Shown here one piece after another: positions 43,562-53,782 of a stretch of DNA of 64,000 nt (its first letter is position 1; each line of letters starts with the position of its first letter). The stretch is from an uncultured Gammaproteobacteria bacterium (GTDB lineage: Bacteria; Pseudomonadota; Gammaproteobacteria; Steroidobacterales; Steroidobacteraceae). A program made the translations under genes and the position numbers. Below the pieces are notes generated by a model. The model saw only the letters and a list, made by a program, of their open reading frames with translations. It searched no databases and was not told where the DNA came from. The DNA lies in contig CAWJXS010000009.1 in the NCBI GenBank assembly GCA_963846885.1, forward strand, positions 1,559 through 65,558. Reading direction: 5' to 3'.

Positions 43562-44806
43562 TTGTCCAGGCGCAGAGTCGTCGTCACAGGTCTAGGCATC
43601 GTTTCGCCCCTCGGCAGCACGGTCGCGTCCGCGTGGGACGGCATCGTCAACGGCCGCAGCGGCGTCGGGACCGTCACCAAGATGGACCTGAGCGCTTTCC
43701 CGGTGCGCATCGGCGCCGAGGTGCAGGGCTTCGTGGCCGAAGACTTCATGCAGCCCAAGGACGTGCGGCGGTTCGATCCGTTCGTGCCCTTCGGCGTGGC
43801 GGCCGCAGCGCAGTCCATCAAGGACTCCGGCTTCGAGGTCACCGAAGCCAATTGCTCGCGCATCGGCGTCGCGATGGGAGCCGGCATCGGCGGGCTCTCG
43901 ACCATCGAGGAAAACACGGCGAAGTGGCTCGAGTCGAAGACTCCCCGCAAGATTTCCCCGTTTTTCATCCCGGGCAGCATCATCAACGCGGCCGCGGGCC
44001 AGATCTCCATCCACTTCGGCCTGCGCGGGCCCAACCTCGCGCTGGTCACGGCCTGCACGACGTCGACGCATTCGATCGGGCTCGCCTGCCGGCTGATCCA
44101 GTACGGCGACGCCGACATCATGGTCGCCGGCGGCTCCGAGATGGCCTTCACGCCGCTCGGCGTCGGCAGCTTCTGCCAGGCGCGTGCGCTCTCCACGCGC
44201 AACGACGAGCCCACGCGGGCCAGCCGTCCGTGGGACAAGGACCGTGACGGCTTCGTCATGGCCGAAGGCGGCGGCGCAGTCGTGCTCGAAGAGTACGAGC
44301 ACGCAAAAGCGCGCGGCGCGCAGATCTATGCGGAGCTGATCGGATTCGGCATGAGCGGCGACGCGCACCACATCACCGCGCCGCCCGAAGACGGCGAAGG
44401 CGCCAAGCTCGCGATGTCCGCTGCCATCCGCGACGCCCAGGTCAACGCGGAAGCGGTCGACTACATCAACGCGCATGCCACCTCGACCGAGCTCGGCGAC
44501 CGCGCCGAGACCATCGCGATCAAGCGCACGCTGGGCGACCACTCGCGCAAGGTGGCGGTGAGCTCCACCAAGTCGATGACCGGTCACCTGCTCGGCGCCG
44601 CGGGCGTCGTCGAGGCCATCTTCTCGATCCTCGCGATTCGCGACAGCGTGCTGCCGCCGACGATCAATCTCGAGAACCCCGATCCCGAGTGCGACCTCGA
44701 TTACGTCCCGTTGACCGCGCGGCAGGCGCCGGTCCGCGTCGCGCTGTCGAATTCGTTCGGCTTCGGCGGCACGAACGGCAGCCTGATCTTCCGCGCGCTC
44801 GGCTGA
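43562..44806 (+). CDS. fabF: 3-oxoacyl-ACP synthase II
   Basis: I prefer TTG 43562 (LSRRRVVVTGLGIVSP), downstream of the hairpin; the ORF track starts at ATG 43511. Active-site ACTTSTH and the two His motifs are present. Confidence 0.93.
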   Translation: MSRRRVVVTGLGIVSPLGSTVASAWDGIVNGRSGVGTVTKMDLSAFPVRIGAEVQGFVAEDFMQPKDVRRFDPFVPFGVAAAAQSIKDSGFEVTEANCSRIGVAMGAGIGGLSTIEENTAKWLESKTPRKISPFFIPGSIINAAAGQISIHFGLRGPNLALVTACTTSTHSIGLACRLIQYGDADIMVAGGSEMAFTPLGVGSFCQARALSTRNDEPTRASRPWDKDRDGFVMAEGGGAVVLEEYEHAKARGAQIYAELIGFGMSGDAHHITAPPEDGEGAKLAMSAAIRDAQVNAEAVDYINAHATSTELGDRAETIAIKRTLGDHSRKVAVSSTKSMTGHLLGAAGVVEAIFSILAIRDSVLPPTINLENPDPECDLDYVPLTARQAPVRVALSNSFGFGGTNGSLIFRALG

Positions 44807-44827
44807 CCGCGCGCGGCTGCCGCCCCA

Positions 44828-46177
44828 ATGCGCGAAGCCGACCTGCTCGCGCTGCACGAGCGCTTTCCCTCCCGTTATCCCGTCCTGCTCGAGAGCGTGA
44901 GCGGCGCCGAGCCGCTGGGCCGGCACGACGTGCTCTTTGCGCTGCCCGCCGAGCGCCTCATCCAGTCCGGTGACGGAACCCTGGCCGGCGACGTGGTCGA
45001 GGCGCGGGAGGGCGGGCGGTTCCTGGATGCCCTCGACCGCTGGCTCGCGCGCGAACGGCGTGCGCGTCCGGCGCCGGCGCACGATGCAGTCTTCGCCGAT
45101 GGCTGGTTCCTGTACCTGGGCTACGAACTCGCGGCAGAGATCGAGCCGACGCTGCGCCTGCCCAGTTCGGTGCTGCCGCGCGCGGTAGCCTGGCGCATGC
45201 ACGGCGCGTTGCTGCGCGACCGGCGCTCGGGCGACATCCGCATCGTGGCCCGCGATGAGTCCGCGCTGGAGCAACTGCGCACGCAGGTGGCCGCCGACAG
45301 CGCCATCGTCGCGCAGAGTGCAGAGCGCGCGCGACCCGCGCAGCTCGCGACGGCCGTCGTGGAACAGTCGCCGGAAATTTTTATCGCCGGGGTCCGTGAC
45401 GTGCTGGCGGCCATCGGACGCGGCGACGTCTACCAGGCGAACCTGTCGCGTTCGTGGCGGGCGCGACTGGCCGAGCAGGCCACGGTGCCCGATCTGTACC
45501 GCGCCCTGCGCCGTGCGAACCCGGCTCCGTTCGCGGCGCTCGCGCAGCTGCAGGACTTTGCGCTGCTGAGCTCGTCGCCGGAACGCCTGTTGCAGCTGCA
45601 GGACGGTGTCGCCAGCACGCGTCCCATCGCCGGCACGCGGCCGCGCGGAAGCGACGATGCGGCAGACGCTGCCCTCAAGAGCGAACTGCAGCTCAACGAG
45701 AAGGAACGCGCCGAGCACATCATGCTGGTCGACCTCGAGCGCAACGACCTCGGCCGGATCTGCCGCGGCGGCACGGTCGAAGTCGACGAGTTCATGACCA
45801 TCGAGACGTACGCGACCGTGCATCACATCGTCTCGAACGTGCGCGGCGTGCTGCGCGACGGCGTCACGCCGGGGCAGGCGATCGCCGCCGTGTTTCCGGG
45901 CGGCACGATCACGGGCTGCCCGAAGGTACGCTGCATGGAACTGCTGGCGGGCCTCGAGCGCGAGCCGCGCGACGCGTACACGGGTTCACTCGGCTACCTG
46001 GACGTCAACGGCACGATGGACCTCAACATCCTGATCCGGACGCTGACCGTGCGTGACGGCGAAATCGGGTTTCGAACCGGGGCTGGCATCGTGGCAGACT
46101 CGGTGCCGGAAGCGGAACTGGCGGAAACCCGCGCCAAGGCCAACGGCATCCTGCGTGCGCTGGGAGAGGAACGATGA
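44828..46177 (+). CDS. pabB: aminodeoxychorismate synthase component I
   Basis: Chorismate-binding family (SPERLL, PIAGTRPRG, FPGGTITGCPK, GAGIVADS). Adjacent to pabC. Confidence 0.85.
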   Translation: MREADLLALHERFPSRYPVLLESVSGAEPLGRHDVLFALPAERLIQSGDGTLAGDVVEAREGGRFLDALDRWLARERRARPAPAHDAVFADGWFLYLGYELAAEIEPTLRLPSSVLPRAVAWRMHGALLRDRRSGDIRIVARDESALEQLRTQVAADSAIVAQSAERARPAQLATAVVEQSPEIFIAGVRDVLAAIGRGDVYQANLSRSWRARLAEQATVPDLYRALRRANPAPFAALAQLQDFALLSSSPERLLQLQDGVASTRPIAGTRPRGSDDAADAALKSELQLNEKERAEHIMLVDLERNDLGRICRGGTVEVDEFMTIETYATVHHIVSNVRGVLRDGVTPGQAIAAVFPGGTITGCPKVRCMELLAGLEREPRDAYTGSLGYLDVNGTMDLNILIRTLTVRDGEIGFRTGAGIVADSVPEAELAETRAKANGILRALGEER

Positions 46178-46995
46178 TCGGTCGCAAATTCGTCAATGGT
46201 GTGGAAGGTGGCAGCGTCTCGGTGGACGACCGGGGGCTGCAGTACGGCGACGGCCTGTTCGAAACGATGGCCGCGTCCAATGGCCGCGTGCGCCGCTTCC
46301 GCAGCCACATGGCGCGCCTCACCGAGGGTTGCCGCCGGCTGGACATGCCTGCGCCCCCGATCGACCTCATCGAGAACGACTGCTTCCGCGCCAGCGAAGG
46401 CTTCGGCGCCGGCGTGGTCAAGCTGACGCTGACACGCGGCCCGGGCCCGCGTGGGTATGCGCCGCCGGCCGAGGCGAGCCTGACTCGCATCGTCGTCTCG
46501 ACGGCGCAGCAGGTCTCGGAGGCCGAGGCGGCGCGCCCGCTGACGCTGCGCGTCTGCGAAACCCGCCTGGGCCGCAATCCGCAGCTGGCGGGCATGAAGC
46601 ACCTGAATCGGCTCGAGCAGGTGCTGGCCGCGGCCGAATTGCGCGATACGGGCGCCGACGAAGGCATCATGCGCTCGACCGACGAGCGCATCGTCTGCGG
46701 CACTGCTGCCAATGTCTTCATGGTGCGCGACGGCCAGTTGCTCACGCCGCAGATCACCGATTGCGGCGTGGCCGGCGTGATGCGGGAAGCGGTGCTGGCT
46801 GCGGCCGAGGCACTGGGCATCGTCGTCGTCATCGACGATTTCACGCTCGACGACCTGGCGCGCGCGGACGAATGCTTCCTCAGCAATGCGGTCCGGGGCA
46901 TCCGGCCCGTGGGCCGCGTCGAGGGCGTGAACAACTTCAAGTCGAGCGCGCTCACCAGCCGCCTGCGCGAGGCCACCGAGGCCGCTGCCGAATGA
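46174..46995 (+). CDS. pabC: aminodeoxychorismate lyase (class IV aminotransferase fold)
   Basis: Overlaps the pabB stop. GLQYGDGLFET..., MKHLNRLEQV. Confidence 0.8.
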   Translation: MIGRKFVNGVEGGSVSVDDRGLQYGDGLFETMAASNGRVRRFRSHMARLTEGCRRLDMPAPPIDLIENDCFRASEGFGAGVVKLTLTRGPGPRGYAPPAEASLTRIVVSTAQQVSEAEAARPLTLRVCETRLGRNPQLAGMKHLNRLEQVLAAAELRDTGADEGIMRSTDERIVCGTAANVFMVRDGQLLTPQITDCGVAGVMREAVLAAAEALGIVVVIDDFTLDDLARADECFLSNAVRGIRPVGRVEGVNNFKSSALTSRLREATEAAAE

Positions 46996-48017
46996 GGCGT
47001 GCGCTGCTCGCGGTGCTGGCGCTCGCCGTACTCGCGGTTGCAGGGAGCGTGCTCTATGCGCGGCACTGGCTGGCCCAGCCTTTGCCCATCGGCAACGAGC
47101 CCGTCATCGTCGAAGTCATGCCGGGTCAATCGCTGACGGCCGTGACGCGCGAGCTTGCCGGTCGCGGCCTGGTCCGCCATCCACGGGTGCTCGCGCTGTA
47201 CGGTCGCCTGGTCGGCGCCGACTCGCGCATGCACGCGGGCGAGTTCTCGATCGCTCCCGGCACTTCGCCGCAGGGACTGCTGCAGGCTTTCGTGAGCGGC
47301 GCGGTGGTGCAGCACTCCGTCACGATCGTCGAGGGCTGGACGTTTCGCGAGCTGCGCCAGGCGCTCGCGCGCGAGCCCACGCTCGAGCCCACGATCCGCG
47401 GCCTGACGGACGCCGACGTGATGCGCAAACTGGGCGAGGAGGGCCGCCACCCGGAAGGCCTCTTCTTTCCGGATACGTACCTGTTCGGCAAAGGCACCCG
47501 CGACATCGACGTGCTGCGGCAGGCACGCGACCGCATGCGCAAGGAACTGGCCACGGCCTGGGCGGCACGCCATCCCGACCTGCCGCTCAAGGACGAATAC
47601 GAGGCGCTGATCCTGGCGTCGATCATCGAGCGTGAGACCGGGCAACCGGACGAGCGTCCGCGCATCGCCGGCGTCTTCGTCGAGCGTCTGCGTCGCGGCA
47701 TGCGGCTGCAGACCGATCCCACCGTGATCTACGGCCTGGGCGAGAAATTCGACGGCAACCTGCGCCGCGCAGACCTCGAGCGCGATGGGCCCTACAATAC
47801 CTACACGCGTGGCGGGCTGACGCCGACGCCGATCGCAATGCCCGGCGCCGGGTCGCTGCAGGCGGCGGTACAGCCCGACGAACGCGGCGAGCTCTTTTTC
47901 GTGGCGACGGGCACGGGCGACGGACGGCACGCGTTCTCGAAGACGCTGGCCGAGCACGAAGCCGCGGTGCGGCAATACCTCGTGCGTTACCGGCAGCAGA
48001 ACACCAAGGGTCGTTGA
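46992..48017 (+). CDS. mltG: endolytic murein transglycosylase MltG (YceG)
   Basis: ATG 46992 overlaps the pabC stop. N-terminal TM helix; ASIIERET and YNTYTRGGLTPTPI motifs. Confidence 0.9.
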   Translation: MRRALLAVLALAVLAVAGSVLYARHWLAQPLPIGNEPVIVEVMPGQSLTAVTRELAGRGLVRHPRVLALYGRLVGADSRMHAGEFSIAPGTSPQGLLQAFVSGAVVQHSVTIVEGWTFRELRQALAREPTLEPTIRGLTDADVMRKLGEEGRHPEGLFFPDTYLFGKGTRDIDVLRQARDRMRKELATAWAARHPDLPLKDEYEALILASIIERETGQPDERPRIAGVFVERLRRGMRLQTDPTVIYGLGEKFDGNLRRADLERDGPYNTYTRGGLTPTPIAMPGAGSLQAAVQPDERGELFFVATGTGDGRHAFSKTLAEHEAAVRQYLVRYRQQNTKGR

Positions 48018-48667
48018 ACAGCGTGCAGGGCCGATTCATTACGTTCGAGGGCGGCGAGGGCGTCGGCAAATCGACGCAGATCAAGCGCGCTGCCGAGTGG
48101 CTGGCTGCCGCTGGCGTCGACGTCGTCCTCACGCGCGAACCCGGCGGCACGCCGCGGGCCGAACAACTGCGGCGCATCCTGCTCGAGCGCACGGACGAGC
48201 CCATGCCGCAGTCGTGCGAACTGTTGCTGATGTTTGCGGCGCGGGCGAGCCATCTCGCCAACCTCATCGAACCCGCCGTCGCCCGCGGTGCGTGGGTGCT
48301 GTGCGACCGCTTCACCGACGCGACGCATGCGTACCAGGGTGGCGGCCGGGGAATGCCAGCCGCGGACATCGACGCGCTCGTGCGCATCGTGCACCCGCAA
48401 CGCCAGCCCGACCTGACCGTGCTGCTCGACGCGCCGGTGGAAGTCGGCATGGCTCGCGCGCGCATCCGCAACGGCGCCGACGGGCCCGACCGCTTCGAGT
48501 CCGAACGGGCCGAGTTCTTCGAGCGCGTGCGACAGAATTACCTGCAGCGCGCCGCGCGCGAAGCAGCCCGCTTCCGCGTCATCGATGCCAGCGGCACGCT
48601 CGATGCGGTCACGGCCGCGATACGCGACGCCTTGCAGCCCTTGCTGCCACGGACGACTGCCACATGA
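48014..48667 (+). CDS. tmk: thymidylate kinase
   Basis: TTG start overlaps the mltG stop. FITFEGGEGVGKST P-loop and DRF motif. Confidence 0.93.
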   Translation: MNSVQGRFITFEGGEGVGKSTQIKRAAEWLAAAGVDVVLTREPGGTPRAEQLRRILLERTDEPMPQSCELLLMFAARASHLANLIEPAVARGAWVLCDRFTDATHAYQGGGRGMPAADIDALVRIVHPQRQPDLTVLLDAPVEVGMARARIRNGADGPDRFESERAEFFERVRQNYLQRAAREAARFRVIDASGTLDAVTAAIRDALQPLLPRTTAT

Positions 48668-49713
48668 CCGACGAAGCAGACGACGACGTCGCTGGCGAGG
48701 GCGGGGACGCCGAGGGTGAATTCGGCCCATTGCCGATCGACTTGTTGCCGTGGCACGCGGCTGCCTGCGACAAGCTGACCGCGGCTGTCGCCGCGCGACG
48801 GTTGCCGCACGGACTCTTGTTGCAGGGCCCGGCCGGCGTCGGCAAGGAGCGCTTTGCCTCGGCGCTCGCCGCGGCATTGTTCTGCACTGGGCGGGGCGCG
48901 CGACTCGAGGCCTGCGGCGCCTGCGCCGAGTGCCAGCTGAGCAAGGCGGGCACGCATCCCGACGTGCATTGGGTGCGGCCGCCCGAGGACAAGAAGGCCA
49001 TCGGCGTGGACCAGGTGCGCACGGCCTGCGAGAAGCTGGCGATGACGAGCATGCGCAGCGGATACCGCGTGGCGATCGTCGTTCCGGCAGAAAAGATGAC
49101 GCCAGCGGCGCAGAACGCGTTGCTGAAGACGCTCGAGGAGCCGGGTGACCAGACACTGCTGGTGCTGGTCACTGCGCGGCCGTCGGCGCTGCTCGCTACG
49201 CTTCGCAGCCGCTGTCAGCGCATCGAAGTGGCCCGGCCCGACCATGCCCTGGCGCAAAGGTGGCTGGAGCAGACGCTGGGCTCGGCGGCGCCGCAGCGAT
49301 TGCTGGCCGTGGCGGGCGGTTCGCCGCTCAAGGCGCTGGCGCTCGCCCCGCACTTTGCCGAACTCGAGCAACAGATGGCAGGGCTGCTCGAGGCGTTCTT
49401 CGACCGACGGATCGACGTGACGCGCGCCGCCGCCGACATGCAGGGCGCGGGCCTGCCGGCGCGGCTCGACTGGCTCGAGGCATGGCTCGACGCCGGCATC
49501 CAGGCCGCCGTGGGCGTGCAGGTTGAGAGTCCGCTCACGTTTCGGACGGGTTCGCTCTTGCAAAGGGCGGCAGCCGAGTTGAACATAACCGCGGCGTTCC
49601 AGGCACTGGATCGCCTGCGCGAGGCCCGCCGCCTGCTCGAAGGCTCGGCGTCCGCGCCCCTCGTGGTCGAATCCCTGTTGCTTGGATTGCGGGCGGCCGG
49701 GCCGGCCCGCTGA
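48664..49713 (+). CDS. holB: DNA polymerase III delta-prime subunit
   Basis: ATG overlaps the tmk stop. HGLLLQGPAGVGK and Zn module CGACAECQ. Acidic N-terminal extension of ~25 aa. Confidence 0.85.
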   Translation: MTDEADDDVAGEGGDAEGEFGPLPIDLLPWHAAACDKLTAAVAARRLPHGLLLQGPAGVGKERFASALAAALFCTGRGARLEACGACAECQLSKAGTHPDVHWVRPPEDKKAIGVDQVRTACEKLAMTSMRSGYRVAIVVPAEKMTPAAQNALLKTLEEPGDQTLLVLVTARPSALLATLRSRCQRIEVARPDHALAQRWLEQTLGSAAPQRLLAVAGGSPLKALALAPHFAELEQQMAGLLEAFFDRRIDVTRAAADMQGAGLPARLDWLEAWLDAGIQAAVGVQVESPLTFRTGSLLQRAAAELNITAAFQALDRLREARRLLEGSASAPLVVESLLLGLRAAGPAR

Positions 49714-49735
49714 CGGAGCACAAAGAAGGTACTTG

Positions 49736-50098
49736 ATGAGTCCGGCCCCCGCGCGACAACCCAACAAGCCTGGCCTGCTGACGCTCACGATCAAGGACAA
49801 GAGCGCGCTGTACCTCGCGTACATGCCCTTCGTGAAGAACGGCGGCCTGTTCATCCCGACCAGCAGCAATTACCGCCTCGGTGACGAGGTGTTCATGCTG
49901 CTGAACCTGATGGGCGAGGACGAAAAACTGCCGGTGGCAGGGCGCGTGATCTGGATGACGCCCAAAGGTGCGCAGGGCAAGCGCACGGCCGGCATCGGCG
50001 TGCAGTTCAGCGAACAGGATCGCGGCACCACCCAGCGCAAGATCGAGGCCTATCTCGCCGGTGCGTTGGGCGGCGACAAACCGACGCACACCATGTAA
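49736..50098 (+). CDS. pilZ: type IV pilus assembly PilZ protein
   Basis: GLLTLTIKDKSALYLAYMPFVKNGGLFIPT...AGIGVQF closely resembles Xanthomonas/Pseudomonas PilZ. Conserved tmk-holB-pilZ order. Confidence 0.8.
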   Translation: MSPAPARQPNKPGLLTLTIKDKSALYLAYMPFVKNGGLFIPTSSNYRLGDEVFMLLNLMGEDEKLPVAGRVIWMTPKGAQGKRTAGIGVQFSEQDRGTTQRKIEAYLAGALGGDKPTHTM

Positions 50099-50180
50099 TT
50101 TATGGTGTCCTGGCCTGCGGCATGCCCGGGCTGATCCCATTGCGTTGCCGGCGCCGAGCCTTTCCGGCCGGAGGTTCTAA

Positions 50181-50516
50181 ATGAACAAGTTGCTCCATTC
50201 CATTTCCGTATCTCTCGCCCTGGTCGTTTGCATGCCTGCGTTTGCCGCGGAACCCAGCGCCACGAGCGCGACCGCGCCGGCAGCGACGACCACAGCAGCC
50301 ACGCCGAAGGCGGAGGAGCCCAAGGTGCCGGCAGGCTACAAGGCCAAGACGGTCGAAGGTGAAACCCTCTTCTGTCGCAAGAGCACGCCCATGGGCACGC
50401 GCTTTCCGACCGAGGTCTGCATGACGCAGGCCCAGTACCTGGAAAACGAGCGCAACCGCCAGTCCATGCGCAACGAGCTGCAGGATCGGCAGAAGAGCTA
50501 CTCGATCAACCAGTGA
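50181..50516 (+). CDS. small secreted hypothetical protein
   Basis: GGAGG Shine-Dalgarno, signal peptide ...CMPAFA-AEP, Ala/Thr/Pro-rich linker and two Cys. Followed by a terminator. Confidence 0.6.
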   Translation: MNKLLHSISVSLALVVCMPAFAAEPSATSATAPAATTTAATPKAEEPKVPAGYKAKTVEGETLFCRKSTPMGTRFPTEVCMTQAQYLENERNRQSMRNELQDRQKSYSINQ

Positions 50517-50556
50517 TCTGTCTGCGCCGGGCGCGTGCCCTGGCACCAAAGCAAAA

Positions 50557-50578
50557 GGCCGGCAATGCCGGCCTTTTT
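50557..50578. terminator. bidirectional Rho-independent terminator
   Basis: aaaa-ggccggc-aat-gccggcc-ttttt between convergent genes. Confidence 0.7.
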
Positions 50579-50598
50579 GCGTGGTGACCGGCGGCGGC

Positions 50599-51672
50599 CT
50601 AGGGCGTGGGGACCAGCGTATCCGCCAGGTCCGTCGCGGCGATGCCGCCGCGCAACACGCGGACCTCGAGACCCCGCTCGCTCAGAATGTAAGCGGCAGC
50701 TGAGCTGCGGCGGCCGTTGTCGCACACGACGACGTACGGCAGCGACGGGTCGAGGGTCTTGATCTTGAGGCGAATGAAGTACAGCGGCACGTTGAGCGAA
50801 GGCTCGAGGTGCCAGCGCTCGTACTCGCTCGGCAGGCGCACGTCGAGCCAGACACCGCCATTGCCGACAATCTGCTTGGCCTGTTCGTAGTCCACCCACT
50901 GCAGCATCGGCTCGTTCAGCAGCGTGTTGAAATCGTCCTTGGCGAGACGCATCAGCTCGCCATCGGTCAGCATCGCGATGGTGGCGTTGCGGGTGGCGCC
51001 GGAGATCAGTGCTTCCTCGCCGAACGTGTCGCCCATGCCAAGCTCGGCGAGCTTGATGCCTTCGCGGTTCAGCGGGGTCTCGCGGCTGACCGAGCAGCGG
51101 CCGCGCACGACCACGTAGAAGAAGTCGCCTTCCTCACCTTGCCGGATCACGACGTCGCCGGCGGCGTATGTCATGCGCTGCATGCGCATGAACACGGCCT
51201 GCAGGTTGGCGGGCGGGACGCGATGGAATGCGCGGCTTTGCAGCAGCATCGTCATCCAGTCGTCGGCCGACTCGTCGTTCCGCAGCTCGCCCACTTCGTA
51301 GGTGCCCGTCTGGTCCCAGGTGATCAGCACGTCGAGCAGGTCGCTGTCGATCGACAGGTATTCGATCTTGTCGGAGGCCACGCGGGCCGAGCAGCGGCGG
51401 GGCAGGATGGGCGCGAGCGGATGCCGCGCGTCGGGCGTGCCACCGCGGATCGTGCCGACCACCTTGCCATTGGACAGCAGCTCGACGAGCCCGCTGGCAA
51501 GGTAGTAGGTGCGCTTGTCGGTGTCGCCTTCCTTGAACAGGAGCCGGCCCTGGGTGAGTTCGCGCACGACGGTCTTGCGCGCGAGCGCCCGCAGGTTCTC
51601 GTTCTTGAGTCCGTCGAGCGGCGAAAACGCGCGCAGGAAGCTCAGTTCGACGGTGTTCGGATCGCTGCTCAT
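50599..51672 (-). CDS. protein with two cyclic-nucleotide-binding domains and a C-terminal rhodanese domain
   Basis: ATG 51672. Two cNMP-type segments (LFKEGDTDKRTYYLASG and IRQGEEGDFFYVVVRGR...GDTFGEEALI...RNATI), then a rhodanese fold with the active-site loop VVVCDNGRRS. Confidence 0.7.
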   Translation of the reverse strand: MSSDPNTVELSFLRAFSPLDGLKNENLRALARKTVVRELTQGRLLFKEGDTDKRTYYLASGLVELLSNGKVVGTIRGGTPDARHPLAPILPRRCSARVASDKIEYLSIDSDLLDVLITWDQTGTYEVGELRNDESADDWMTMLLQSRAFHRVPPANLQAVFMRMQRMTYAAGDVVIRQGEEGDFFYVVVRGRCSVSRETPLNREGIKLAELGMGDTFGEEALISGATRNATIAMLTDGELMRLAKDDFNTLLNEPMLQWVDYEQAKQIVGNGGVWLDVRLPSEYERWHLEPSLNVPLYFIRLKIKTLDPSLPYVVVCDNGRRSSAAAYILSERGLEVRVLRGGIAATDLADTLVPTP

Positions 51673-51703
51673 GAATGCCGGGTCAAAACGGTGCCGGATG
51701 GTA

Positions 51704-53755
51704 TCACGCCGCGCGGGAACTGCTGAAGCTCGCCCAGCCCGGATCAGGGCGGAATCGTTCGCCATGCTGCGCCGCGAGCGCTTCCAGGCGCGCCACGACT
51801 GCGGCAACGCCGCGCTCCTCGGCGTAACGCAGCGGCCCACCGCGGAACGGCGCAAAGCCCGAGCCGAAGATCACGCCGGCGTCGATCAGGTCCGCGTCTG
51901 CGACGACGCCCTCGCGCAGCACCGCCATGGACTCGTTGACGAGGGCCAGCATGAGGCGGTCCTCGAGGTCGTCGGGCATCTTCGCGCCCGGGGCAACAGG
52001 CGGCTTCACGGGCTTGCCATCGCGCCATTCGTACAGGCCCTGGCCGGACTTCTTGCCGAGCTTGCCCGCCTCGACCAGCGGCGCCACGGCGTCGGGCGCG
52101 GGCCCGCCGTAAGCGGCGGCGAGGATGCGGCCCACGTGCAGGCACACGTCGAGCCCCACGATGTCCGCGAGTTCGATCGGTCCCATCGGCATGCCGAATC
52201 GCACCGCGACATCGTCGATGGCCGCGAGCGGCACACCCTCGCCCGCGATCAGCATGGCCTCGGTCATGTACGGCATCAGCACGCGATTGACCAGGAACCC
52301 GGGCGCGCTGCGCGTGGGCAATGGCAGCTTGTCGATGGCGCGGGTGAATGCGAGCGCCGCGGCACGTGCCTCGCGCGAAGTGGCGGCAGACTCGATGACC
52401 TCGACCAGCGGCATCTGGGCCACCGGGTTGAAAAAATGCAGTCCGACGAGCCGCCCCGGATCGGCGAGTTGCTCGGCCAGCGGTTCGAGCATCAGGCTGG
52501 AGGTGTTGGTGGCCAGGATCGCACGCGGTGCGAGTTGCGGTTCGACGCGAGCGTACAGCGCGCGCTTGGCCTCGAGGTTCTCGAAAATGGCTTCGATCAC
52601 GACGTCGGCGCGGGCCACTCCTGCGCCGGCGACGTCGGCCTGCAGCCGTGCCATCTGCTCCGCCGCCTTGCCCGGCACGCGACTGCGTTTCTCGAAGAAG
52701 GCGTGGGCACGGTCGAGGGCCGGCTGCACCAGCTCGACGCTGCGATCCTGCAGGGTGACGCTGAAGCCGCGCAGGGCACACCACGCGGCGATGTCCCCGC
52801 CCATCACCCCCGCACCCACCACGTGCACGTGGCCGGCGCTCGGCAGGTCCTTGCCGCCAAGGCCCTTGAGCCGTTCCTGCAGGAAAAAGACCCGCACCAG
52901 GTTGCGCGATGTCGGGGTGCAGACCAGTCGCGCAACCGACTGCGCCTCGGCCTCGTAGCCCGTGCGCCGGCTTGCGCCGTGCCTGCGCCACAGGTCGATG
53001 ATTGCGTACGGCGCCGGATAGTGTGCCTCGCGCGCGCTGCGGCGCACCTGCTGTTCGATCTTGCCGGCGACGATGCCGCGCAGCAGCGGCAGGTTGAGCA
53101 GGCGCTGGCCCAGTGCCGCCTGCCGGCGCGGTCGCGGTTGCAACGCAAGCTTCTTGGCCGCTTCGCGCAGTTGCGCGGCTGGCACGACGAGGTCCACCAG
53201 GCCGGCACGCAGCGCCTTGTCGGGCCGCAGGTTCTTGCCGGTCAGCATCAGGTCCATCGCCGTGGCGACGCCCAGCAGTCGCACGGATCGCACGGTGCCG
53301 CCGAAGCCCGGATGGATGCCCAGCATCACCTCGGGTAAGCCCAGCGTTACCTTCGGATCGTCGGCTGCGACACGGTGCCGGCAGGCGAGCGCGAGTTCGA
53401 GTCCACCGCCGAGGCAATAGCCATTGATCGCCGCGACCGTGGGGAAGGGCATGTCCTCGAGCCGTTGCAGCACGGCGTGGGCCGCGCGGATGGACGGCAC
53501 GGCCTCGTCCGGCCTGCGGACCTGGCCGAACTCCGAGACGTCGGCGCCGGCGATGAAGCCGCTCTTGGCCGAGACGATCACGAGGCCCGCGGGGCTGGCC
53601 TTTGCGACTGCGGCCAGCCGCTCGTCGAGTTCTTCCATGGCCGCGCGTGAAAGCGAATTGGCGCTTGCACCCGGTTTGTCGAAGGTGAGCCACGCGATGC
53701 GGTCTGCATCGATGGTGAGGCTCCACTGATGAGCGGTGTCGGCAGGGATGTTCAT
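51704..53755 (-). CDS. bifunctional enoyl-CoA hydratase / 3-hydroxyacyl-CoA dehydrogenase (FadB/FadJ-like)
   Basis: 683 aa. Crotonase part (FIAGADVSEF, INGYCLGGGLELALAC), then an NAD-binding part (VHVVGAGVMGGDIA). Confidence 0.9.
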   Translation of the reverse strand: MNIPADTAHQWSLTIDADRIAWLTFDKPGASANSLSRAAMEELDERLAAVAKASPAGLVIVSAKSGFIAGADVSEFGQVRRPDEAVPSIRAAHAVLQRLEDMPFPTVAAINGYCLGGGLELALACRHRVAADDPKVTLGLPEVMLGIHPGFGGTVRSVRLLGVATAMDLMLTGKNLRPDKALRAGLVDLVVPAAQLREAAKKLALQPRPRRQAALGQRLLNLPLLRGIVAGKIEQQVRRSAREAHYPAPYAIIDLWRRHGASRRTGYEAEAQSVARLVCTPTSRNLVRVFFLQERLKGLGGKDLPSAGHVHVVGAGVMGGDIAAWCALRGFSVTLQDRSVELVQPALDRAHAFFEKRSRVPGKAAEQMARLQADVAGAGVARADVVIEAIFENLEAKRALYARVEPQLAPRAILATNTSSLMLEPLAEQLADPGRLVGLHFFNPVAQMPLVEVIESAATSREARAAALAFTRAIDKLPLPTRSAPGFLVNRVLMPYMTEAMLIAGEGVPLAAIDDVAVRFGMPMGPIELADIVGLDVCLHVGRILAAAYGGPAPDAVAPLVEAGKLGKKSGQGLYEWRDGKPVKPPVAPGAKMPDDLEDRLMLALVNESMAVLREGVVADADLIDAGVIFGSGFAPFRGGPLRYAEERGVAAVVARLEALAAQHGERFRPDPGWASFSSSRAA

Positions 53756-53782
53756 GGTTGCTCCATGCGCCGCGCGGCGGGT

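Noticed and set aside
43592-45826. 744-aa minus-strand ORF spanning fabF and pabB
   Set aside because: It crosses an intergenic region and two genuine genes on the other strand. No motifs.
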